Origin: an uncultured Schumannella sp.
Lineage (GTDB): Bacteria > Actinomycetota > Actinomycetes > Actinomycetales > Microbacteriaceae
Reading direction: 5' to 3'
Assembly: GCF_905479755.1 (NCBI RefSeq)
Contig: NZ_CAJQNT010000009.1
Coordinates: forward strand, 7,844 to 71,843
DNA length: 64,000 bases
Part shown: positions 8,200 to 15,425 of the stretch, piece after piece
Layout: every line of letters starts with the position of its first letter
Position numbering within the stretch: position 1 is the first letter of the stretch
Translations under genes and position numbers: made by a program
The notes under the pieces: generated by a model
What the model saw: the letters and a program-made list of their open reading frames with translations, nothing else
Database searches by the model: none
What the model was told of the DNA's origin: nothing

Positions 8200-9384
8200 A
8201 TGACGGACCAGCCCGAGCCTTCACGACATCAAGAGATTAGTGCGGTTGCGCAGCAGATGCTTGCTCTCGGCGAGTCGGGCCGCTACGAGTTCAAGCGCGA
8301 CGTTGAAGCTGTCTCGGTCGGTCTTCTCGCTGCCCTCGCAAACTGGGTGGCCGCTGAACCGGACCGCGAGGTCGCCCACCTTGTCGTCGGGGTAGATGAG
8401 GTAGAGGACAAGACCACGGGGCTCGTGCACGGGCAACCTTTCGGATTGCCCAGAGGTCTCGATAAGGCCGTATCCCGTATTCAAGACGTGGCGAGCAAGA
8501 CACGACCAGTCCCGGTCGAAGTCTTCATTGTGGAGGAGGGAGTAGCCGAGCCAACGCCGTTCGTCCGCGTAGAGGTGCGCCCGACCATGCCGCCACACTT
8601 CGATGACCAGGGCCGTCGCCAAACGCGGCAGGGCCGTTCCACGCGCGCGCTGACAGATGAAGAGCTGCTACGCATCTACCTGGACCGCGAAGCGGGTAGT
8701 TTTGCGATGCGCTTCCGTCAGGTCAGTGATGAACTTCGTTCAGCTGTCGGCGCCGTGGGCAGTCAGGTCGACCAGATCGCTGAAGGGATCGAGAACAACG
8801 TCGCTACACCAATCCTGGCGCTCACCAGAACCACACACGACGCCGCAGACGCAGCAGAGTCTGCCTCATCTTCCGCAGACTCCGCTGCGTCTTCAGCCGA
8901 TACCGTGTCCTATGAAGTCGAGCATGTACAACGCATCGTTCGTGAGCTTCAGCGAGTCGTCGAGGACATCCAAGACGACTCCACTCAGAACCTGGCATAC
9001 AGAGTCATGCGGCTTCGGCGAAAGGTCTGGTGGAACTTCACTGTCGACACCTGGGAGCACAAGTCCAAGCGCGCGGATCAGTTGGAGTCTCGGCTCCGTG
9101 AGCTTCTCTCCGGCGAGGTCTCCCTTGAGGCAGACCGGAACACCTGGGAACTCCGAGTCTGGCAAGACCTACTCAAGGACCGCCGTGCACAGCGCGGTGA
9201 ACGCGGCACACAGAAGTGGTGGGATGCAGCAATCCGTGAGGTCATCTTGTTCATGGAGAGCCCTGCGTACGCCGCACCCGACCTGCCAGAGCTTCGTGCC
9301 GCGCTTAAGGCCGACCTCGACCACGAGATTGACGATCCCGATAGCGTGACGAACCTATTCCGCAGGCTCGTCGAAGACTCGTAA
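8200..9384 (+). CDS. AlbA_2 (Schlafen-type) DNA-binding domain protein with an unknown helical C-terminal half
   Basis: N-terminus ...LGESGRYEFKRDVE (ES at 8272-8277, EFK at 8287-8295) matches the AlbA_2 hallmark. It is followed by VAHLVVGVDE... The C-terminal ~200 aa is helical and Trp-rich with no motif I recognise. Lies 44 nt downstream of the PHP-ATPase on the same strand. Confidence 0.55.
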   Translation: MTDQPEPSRHQEISAVAQQMLALGESGRYEFKRDVEAVSVGLLAALANWVAAEPDREVAHLVVGVDEVEDKTTGLVHGQPFGLPRGLDKAVSRIQDVASKTRPVPVEVFIVEEGVAEPTPFVRVEVRPTMPPHFDDQGRRQTRQGRSTRALTDEELLRIYLDREAGSFAMRFRQVSDELRSAVGAVGSQVDQIAEGIENNVATPILALTRTTHDAADAAESASSSADSAASSADTVSYEVEHVQRIVRELQRVVEDIQDDSTQNLAYRVMRLRRKVWWNFTVDTWEHKSKRADQLESRLRELLSGEVSLEADRNTWELRVWQDLLKDRRAQRGERGTQKWWDAAIREVILFMESPAYAAPDLPELRAALKADLDHEIDDPDSVTNLFRRLVEDS

Positions 9385-9437
9385 GCAGTCACCCGAAGTA
9401 GTGGTGCTCCTGCTCACCGCGCCTTCGGTCCGTGACG

Positions 9438-9866
9438 TCACAGCAAGTCCTTAGTGTGCGTCCATACGGTCATCCGATGCACCTCGAACCTGCGGCAGAT
9501 GGAGACTACGCTCTCCCCGTTCGTGCGGGCAGTTCGGATAGCGTCTACTTGGCTCTCCGTGAGGGGTGTTCTAGATCGTCTCCCAGGGTTCGCGACAACC
9601 TCCGACTCATCCTCAGCGGCACCGTCTGGTTCGTCGCCGAGAACGAGTTTCGCCTGATTCCACGCGGAACTTAGCCGCTCGAACCTCTGCCAGGTGTTCG
9701 GTTTGAGTCCACCCGCGTCCACTCTTCGAAATGCCTGGTGAGGAGGTCTTTTCTCCGAGTTCACGTCCAGTTCACGGTTGGTGCCGTCAGGTTCCGTGCC
9801 AGACAGCGTGCCAAAAAGGCGATCGAATTGGGTCGTTCCGGACGCAAAACGGCCCCCGATGGTCAC
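9438..9866 (-). pseudogene. remnant ORF with a resolvase-type C-terminal HTH (serine recombinase fragment?)
   Basis: The C-terminus RRSRTPLTESQVDAIRTARTNGESVVSICRRFEVHRMTVWTHTKD resembles the HTH_7 tail of Tn3-type resolvases. The N-terminal 90 aa lacks the catalytic Ser domain. Confidence 0.4.
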
Positions 9867-9897
9867 TTCCGCCGAGGGCTTCCTGCGCGGGGTCAGA

Positions 9898-10315
9898 TCA
9901 GTTGGCGACTGCGCGCAACGCCGCGTCTATGTTGGCGGCGATCACTGCTCCGCGCTCGACCGCAGTCCGCTGATACAGCAGCACCGCCGCCGGGGTCGAA
10001 TGCCCGGCACGGGCTATTAGCTCGGGAATCGTCGCGCCCGACTGGGCTGCAAGCGTCAGTCCGGACGCACGCATGTCGTGGAACGTGAACTGTTCAAGCC
10101 CGACCCTCTTGCGATCACGCTTCCACGCACTCCGGAGTGCAGAGCGCGTCACCGCGCGCCCGTTGCAAGGAAAGCTGGAGACATGGTTTCGGCTTGCCGA
10201 GGGCCTGGACGTTGAACTGGCCACCGGTGTCTCTGCGTTGCATGGCTCTGGCCGCGAGCGCCGCCAAGCGGCAGGAACCTACTGCACGGCGAGATGTCGG
10301 GTCCGCCCGGCACAA
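9898..10315 (-). pseudogene. tyrosine recombinase/integrase, C-terminal catalytic fragment, apparently frameshifted and N-terminally truncated
   Basis: ORF 9898..10224 ends ...FTFHDMRASGLTLAAQSGATIPELIARAGHSTPAAVLLYQ, showing HxxR, the second His, and the nucleophile Tyr. A possible box-I-like piece (ORF 10115..10315, ...ARAMQRRDTGGQFNV) sits in another frame. There is no N-terminal domain before 10448. Confidence 0.6.
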
Positions 10316-10447
10316 ATCCGCCCGGTGTATGTCCTGGCTCGTATTCGGGAACTAGCGAGGCTTCGCTTCGTGATTTCGAGAAACGACGCGGTGCGCTCCT
10401 CGGCCGTCAGATCGACAGATGTCTTCGCCCGTCACTAGCTTTCTTGC

Positions 10448-12292
10448 ATGGAGTTCACCGCAGCCGAACTTGTCGCAGCGATTAGTGAGGTTGACACATC
10501 TGAGGTCATGCTTAGGGAGCCAGTAGAAGCATTCGGCGCGTTTCGCGAGCTGGCGGAGGGCTATCCCGAGGACGGTCCCCACCGAGTCGCGCTCGCGGCA
10601 CTGTCGAACGTGGCCGGGATGATGCTGAAGCCCGACCGCTGGGAATCCCCATACGTACCGATGATGCAGTTCGGGGATCGGCGGAGCTGGCTCCCAGAGG
10701 ATCTCACCGAGGTCCACATCGACTTCCTGCGGCAAGTGCGTTCGCAACTCCCGCCGGGTCAGCTTCGCGCACAGATAGTCGATGTCTTGTTCTTGCGGGT
10801 GACAGATGGTCGTGAACGATACGAGCTGGCGCAGGAGGTCGTACAAGCCTGGATCACGGTGGGGTTGCATGGAGAACTTGATCGAGAAGAAGAAAACGGT
10901 TGGCGTCGTGCAATTGAGATTGCCCTGCGATTCGGATTCGCCTCGCAGGTGACGGAACTTGTCGGCCTTGCGATGGAGCAGATTCGATCGGAGAGAGCAG
11001 CGCCCGCATGGCAATCCGCTCGCGTACTTCATGAGTCTGGTGCCGGACGTGAACACGCGGAGGAGATCAGCAGACGGCTGAGAGACCTGGCGGCCACGGT
11101 CGAGGATCTGCACTTCCGTCGCGAAATCCTCGATCAGGCGCGTCGGTGGGCGACGAGCAGTCAAGACTCTGCGGGCGTCGCCGAGATCGACGAGCAGCTC
11201 GGTGATCTCTGGTGGGAGGAAGCAAAGCGACGGAAGTCGTCATCGCACTTCCTGGCCAGAGACTGCCTTGGAAACGCATACAACCAGTACAAGCGCATCG
11301 AGCGGAGCCGGCGGTCGGCAACGACGAACCGAAGGCTCGCACGATTGCCGCGCAAAATTCGCGAGGAGGGGGAACTTGCGCTCGGTGAGATGAATGCTGT
11401 TGAGTCAGATCCCATCGATCTGACGGTGCTGAGGCAGCAAGCCGACGAAGTACTTAAGGAGGACGACAACCTTCGCGCCCTGGCTTCATGGTTCACTCGG
11501 GTCCCGCTTGATCCGGTCCAACAGGCGCGTGCAACCGCGGAAGAGTCGATGCGCGAACACCCCATTCAGCATCTGTTCTCCCGAACGACCGTGGCAACTG
11601 ATGGCCGAACGGTGCAGCACTCCGCGAGTGCTCGCGGGCAAGGGGAAGTCCCAGGCGATGTCTGGAGCGAGATGCTGCGCCACTGGGAGTTGAAGGTTGG
11701 AATTCTTGCCCACGGCTACATCTGGCCAACGCTCGTCGAACTGAGCACCAAGTACAAGCTCGCGCCCGGCGACTTCGCGCTAATGGTTCGATCCTCTGCG
11801 TTCGTCCCACCTGAGCAAGAGCGGCACTATGTGATGGCGCTCCACAACGGCTACTACGGCAGACTAAGCGAGTCGATCTTCGTGCTCGCCCCTACCGTCG
11901 AGGCGTGTGTCCGTGCGTGTCTGCAGAGGGCTGGGATCGAGACCAGGAACCATCGCTCGGACGACACCGAGATCGAACCAGGACTGAGTGCGCTGATGGA
12001 GCTGGATGGTGTCGATGACGCGCTCACACCTGACCTGGCCTGGAACATCAGAGCGCTCTACTGCGGGCCGCTTGGCCCGAACTTGCGCAACCGAGTGGCC
12101 CACGGGCTTCTCTCCGAATCCGAGAGCAGCAGTGGCTACGTGCTGTTCGCTTGGTGGCTCGCACTACGACTCGCGTTCGTGCCGTTCTTCAACCATGTGA
12201 TGGATGACTCAACGAAAGCTGAGGGCAGAAGCAGTTCAAAAGAAGAGCCAGAATCTGGACAGACCCCACCTCGTGATGATTCTGAAGAGTGA
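10448..12292 (+). CDS. large DUF4209-like protein with C-terminal Rx4H (HEPN/Abi_C-like) motif
   Basis: 614 aa. The C-terminal GPLGPNLRNRVAHGLLSESE contains RNRVAH (12086-12103), which I recall as the conserved core of DUF4209. The acidic tail is low complexity. No SD before ATG 10448. Confidence 0.5.
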   Translation: MEFTAAELVAAISEVDTSEVMLREPVEAFGAFRELAEGYPEDGPHRVALAALSNVAGMMLKPDRWESPYVPMMQFGDRRSWLPEDLTEVHIDFLRQVRSQLPPGQLRAQIVDVLFLRVTDGRERYELAQEVVQAWITVGLHGELDREEENGWRRAIEIALRFGFASQVTELVGLAMEQIRSERAAPAWQSARVLHESGAGREHAEEISRRLRDLAATVEDLHFRREILDQARRWATSSQDSAGVAEIDEQLGDLWWEEAKRRKSSSHFLARDCLGNAYNQYKRIERSRRSATTNRRLARLPRKIREEGELALGEMNAVESDPIDLTVLRQQADEVLKEDDNLRALASWFTRVPLDPVQQARATAEESMREHPIQHLFSRTTVATDGRTVQHSASARGQGEVPGDVWSEMLRHWELKVGILAHGYIWPTLVELSTKYKLAPGDFALMVRSSAFVPPEQERHYVMALHNGYYGRLSESIFVLAPTVEACVRACLQRAGIETRNHRSDDTEIEPGLSALMELDGVDDALTPDLAWNIRALYCGPLGPNLRNRVAHGLLSESESSSGYVLFAWWLALRLAFVPFFNHVMDDSTKAEGRSSSKEEPESGQTPPRDDSEE

Positions 12293-12624
12293 ATGATCCC
12301 CCTCCGGGCGGTGCTCTGAGCTGGGATGCTGGAAAAGGACCCTTGCCCCACTCGGCGCAAAGACTGCAAGTGGTGGTGACTCACCCATTCGCAACGCCCT
12401 CGGTGCAGGTGGATGGCCAGGCCCAGATCTCAGCTCCCGCTCGAAGGCCTACCCGGAGACTCTCCGGCTTGGTGTCGTCGCTCCGGCCTGAGGGTCCGAC
12501 GAGGGATTCGAGGCCGGGTGGGAGAGGCTGGAGCGCCCAAAGGCGCGGACCCCTACGGTTACCCCGTAGCTGGATCCTGCATCAATCACATAGTGAATGC
12601 AACTCGCGGACTGAGGGTCAGAAA

Positions 12625-13305
12625 CTACCGACTTGTCTGCGCATGCCGCTTGGATGCAGCCGCCCTGACCTCTCGGCGCAGGTCGGCGTGGTTGATGTCG
12701 CTCTCCAGCGCCTTCCGCCGTCGACCGTCCTCTTCGTCAAGCCAGCTCTGGAAGTCGGTCGCTGCCGCCTCAACGTCGGCCGCATTGAGCGCTGTCGCAA
12801 CACCGAGCGCTGCCTCCACCCACGACTCTTGCATCTCAGCCTCGGTGAGCACGGGGGCCGACTGCTCAAGGAACTGATTTAGCGGCAGGTCGAGCCGTGC
12901 ATGATCTCTGACGATCCGCTGCTGGAGGACCAGAATGCCCTGACGCGAGAGGGATGCGATGCGATTCTCCAGCTTCAGTGAGGAGGATGGGACAGCCGTG
13001 GTATCCAGAAACTTGGCCGCGTAGTGTTTCCCGTCTTCGCGCAGGTCAGGAAGGGGCATGACCCGGAGGTGACGATCCCAGTCGCCCACCTTCTCGTAGC
13101 TTCCCACCGGTGCGACCTGGATGCGCTGAACTAGTTGCACCCCGCGTCTCATGCTGCATGGATGCATGACGACCTGCACGGTCAGGGGCGTGTCACCAAG
13201 TCCGGGCACAATAACGTTCTCGAACACGTCGCCTTGAAGAATCGGACGCGCGTAGGAAACGCCGTTCCGTTCTTCGTAAAGGTCATCTGAGGTAATGGCA
13301 TCCAT
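12625..13305 (-). CDS. hypothetical protein (226 aa), last gene of the cassette
   Basis: Non-repetitive protein-like composition. Its start lies 9 nt after the stop of the upstream HTH gene. N-terminus RPILQGDVFENVIVPG...VQVVMHPCSM; no family recognised. Confidence 0.55.
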   Translation of the reverse strand: MDAITSDDLYEERNGVSYARPILQGDVFENVIVPGLGDTPLTVQVVMHPCSMRRGVQLVQRIQVAPVGSYEKVGDWDRHLRVMPLPDLREDGKHYAAKFLDTTAVPSSSLKLENRIASLSRQGILVLQQRIVRDHARLDLPLNQFLEQSAPVLTEAEMQESWVEAALGVATALNAADVEAAATDFQSWLDEEDGRRRKALESDINHADLRREVRAAASKRHAQTSR

Positions 13306-13314
13306 GCGGCCGCA

Positions 13315-13953
13315 TCACTTGCCTCGGGGGCGGATGATCCGCTCACCTGCAGCATCCACCACGACCTCGTAGTTGCTGCGGTGATCCCGCCAGCCCGGCA
13401 TCGCCTGGTCTAGGACGCTCTCGGCGTCCTGGCGTTGCTCAGCGATGTCGATGAGTGCCTCGGCATGCCCAGTGACGTACAGGTCGATGGGTCGAATGGT
13501 GTACCCGCTCGGGAGCGGGAGCTTCATTTCCATCCACTGTGCTGGGTCGGCGACGGCGCTTGTCTCCAGTACGTCCAGCAAGGCGGCAATCCGACCCAAG
13601 CTGTTTCGGTTCTCGGCACTCGCGGCACCACCGTTGCGCCACTTGCGGATAGCGGAGACGCTCACCCCGGCAGCAGCGGCGACATCGGACCAAGACATAC
13701 CGCGAGAGGAGGTCAGCTCTGCGAGCAGCTCCGGCACACCTGCGCTCGTTGCCTTCGCGTGCGCCCGGTCATGGAGGTCGAGCGTACGGGTGCGCCCGTG
13801 GAGCGCATGCACGTCGTCGCGGAGCAGGTCCACATCGGTTCGTAGCCACGACGCGCTGATGGAGATTGCACGGGTGGCGTTCGCCTCTGCGTAGTCAGAC
13901 GTCACAGCAGGCGCAATTGCGGTGGCCGTGGTGCGCTCAAGCGTGGAAGTCAT
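13315..13953 (-). CDS. XRE-type helix-turn-helix domain protein (212 aa)
   Basis: Central MSWSDVAAAAGVSVSAIRKWRNGG is an HTH_3/XRE-like motif. The start overlaps the upstream gene stop by 4 nt (13950-13953). Confidence 0.65.
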   Translation of the reverse strand: MTSTLERTTATAIAPAVTSDYAEANATRAISISASWLRTDVDLLRDDVHALHGRTRTLDLHDRAHAKATSAGVPELLAELTSSRGMSWSDVAAAAGVSVSAIRKWRNGGAASAENRNSLGRIAALLDVLETSAVADPAQWMEMKLPLPSGYTIRPIDLYVTGHAEALIDIAEQRQDAESVLDQAMPGWRDHRSNYEVVVDAAGERIIRPRGK

Positions 13954-14828
13954 TTTTCGCTCCTTCGGAACGTGTTGCGTGCATCGTCGGTGATGGAAGC
14001 TTGGAACGTGGCCCCCGACGGTCCATGCACAGCGTCAAGCGTGCTGGCGACCACATCAACGGACAACAGCGTGGCATCTGGTCCACTGAAGTCCTGGTAG
14101 CCATCCAGGTCGAGCACAAAAAAGGGCAAGTTCTGGTCGAACGGCGCGCGAACAAGCGCGGCAGGTGAGACCACAGCCCCCTGCGGGAGCGCAGCGAAGC
14201 GGAAGTTCAGTCCGCGATCCTGTCCGAAGTGATAGACCACGGTGCCTTCCGCCTGGAGCACCTCTGCGTCCGAGGGACCCAGGGCCAACTGGCCGAGCAG
14301 GCTTGGGTCAATCCACTTCGCCCAATCGCGGACGTTGGCGATGCCCGCATCGGGAAGTCGAATCTCATCGATGTACCGAAGACCGATACGCCGGATCGCG
14401 GGGGTCACGCCTGCCTCCACAAGCGCCCGGCAGCAGGTCAGAAGCTGCTCGCGGAACTCGGGGAAGTGAGAGTAGGCCGTCGTCTCCAGTGAGAGTCGAT
14501 CTGAGGTCAGCGTCGCCACGGCTGTACTTGAGGTGTTCTTGAAGTTGCGGCCGGGTGTCTGCCTGATCTGAGGCGCAGCACCGGGACGGACCTCAAAATC
14601 GGCCTGCTGGAACTGATCCTGGACGGGCAACATCGGCTCAAGCGCGATGGAGATGGCGTCAACGATCTCTTGTTGACGTAGGCGGGCGGAGTCGCTGAAG
14701 CGGACCTCCGCGGCCACGAGGGCGAGCGGTGAGGACGGGAACACTTCCCTGTGTGCGTAGTCCATAATCAAATCAGCGTAGTGGGGTTGAACCTGGATTC
14801 GCACCGAATCTCGCACCAGAACATGCAC
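13950..14828 (-). CDS. TIGR04255-like family protein
   Basis: IRRIGLRYIDEIRLP (comp. 14367-14396) and the N-terminal ...PLALVAAEVRF match my recollection of the TIGR04255 family. The track start is GTG 14828. ATG 14765 (MDYAHREVFPSSPL...) is the more likely start. Confidence 0.55.
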   Translation of the reverse strand: MHVLVRDSVRIQVQPHYADLIMDYAHREVFPSSPLALVAAEVRFSDSARLRQQEIVDAISIALEPMLPVQDQFQQADFEVRPGAAPQIRQTPGRNFKNTSSTAVATLTSDRLSLETTAYSHFPEFREQLLTCCRALVEAGVTPAIRRIGLRYIDEIRLPDAGIANVRDWAKWIDPSLLGQLALGPSDAEVLQAEGTVVYHFGQDRGLNFRFAALPQGAVVSPAALVRAPFDQNLPFFVLDLDGYQDFSGPDATLLSVDVVASTLDAVHGPSGATFQASITDDARNTFRRSEK

Positions 14829-14902
14829 CGATACTACGACCCGAACCTATCGAGAGGCTGTGAAGCCACGCGTCTGGAATGCGTTTGGGCGTTACTCCCG
14901 CG

Positions 14903-15088
14903 TTAAGACCGCCGAGCGCTCTCGACCAAAAGATGCACCGCGGTGGACTCGAACCTCACGTACCTTCCCACTTTGAGGAACTCGATCCGGCGCTCGCGGA
15001 CAAGACGACGGACGAAGCTCTCCGGGACGGCAAGCTGCTTCGCAACCCCGTCAATGGTCAACAGCGGATGAGCCTTGTTGTGGGTCAT
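14903..15088 (-). CDS. excisionase/AlpA-type HTH DNA-binding protein
   Basis: 61 aa. LLTIDGVAKQLAVPESFVRRLVRERRIEFLKVGRYVRF matches the HTH_17 excisionase pattern. RBS AAGGAGG lies upstream of ATG 15088. Confidence 0.7.
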   Translation of the reverse strand: MTHNKAHPLLTIDGVAKQLAVPESFVRRLVRERRIEFLKVGRYVRFESTAVHLLVESARRS

Positions 15089-15265
15089 CGGCGGACCTCC
15101 TTTCGTCTACTGCGCCGCCGACCCAACGCACGGAGACCAACGCTGTGCCAGATTTCGTGCCACTAGCACCGAAGACTTCTGGCACGCGGCGTTCAACGAC
15201 GCTCAGGAGACGGCGCTCGTCTCCAGAAACAACGGGGGTTCCGCTGGTCGGATTCGGGCCGCTTT

Positions 15266-15311
15266 CTGCTTTGCAAGCAGGAGGTCAGGGGTTCGATTCC
15301 CCTAGGCTCCA
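15266..15311 (+). other. 3' 46 nt of tRNA-Ala(UGC): anticodon stem-loop 3' part, T-arm and acceptor 3' strand only (att-site remnant)
   Basis: CTGC-TTTGCAA-GCAG carries anticodon TGC (15272-15274). T-arm is AGGGG-TTCGATT-CCCCT. The acceptor 3' strand AGGCTCC+A implies a G3:U70 pair. No complementary 5' acceptor strand or D-arm lies upstream. Confidence 0.7.
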
Positions 15312-15425
15312 CTCCGCCAGCTGACCCGCCGCCGCTCCTGCGGCGTGTGCCGCTCCGCGCACCGAGCGCGGTCGCTGCGCTTCGCGGGGGTTCGTCGCAC
15401 GATTGTCGTCGTCGGAGTCGGGGTC

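Larger units (their letters stand above)
1775..15311. mobile_element. integrated mobilizable element / genomic island; left boundary not resolved in this window
   Basis: Contains a relaxase, dead resolvase and integrase fragments, an excisionase-like HTH and a terminal tRNA-Ala 3' fragment. GC is lower by hand count in 5.4-15 kb than in the flanking core. Confidence 0.6.

Noticed and set aside
10352-11164. 270-aa minus-strand ORF antisense to the DUF4209-like gene, notable because this region is not extremely GC-rich
   Set aside because: The translation is Cys/Arg/His-rich and non-protein-like. It has no SD and no recognisable motif, while the plus-strand frame is coherent over 614 aa.
12293-12624. 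332-nt gap between convergent genes, with small hairpins (e.g. CTACGG-TTACC-CCGTAG near 12553-12569), considered as a possible ncRNA or retron-like element
   Set aside because: No reverse transcriptase is present, no extended conserved structure is visible, and no promoter-like element is visible. The hairpins are adequately explained as terminators of the two convergent transcription units. Track ORFs 12289..12882 and 12413..12877 overlap the minus-strand gene and look spurious.
15239-15311. A complete 73-nt tRNA-Ala gene
   Set aside because: The 5' sequence TTCCGCTGGTCGGATTCGGGCCG cannot pair with the acceptor 3' strand AGGCTCC and gives no D-arm. Only the 3' 46 nt is tRNA-like.
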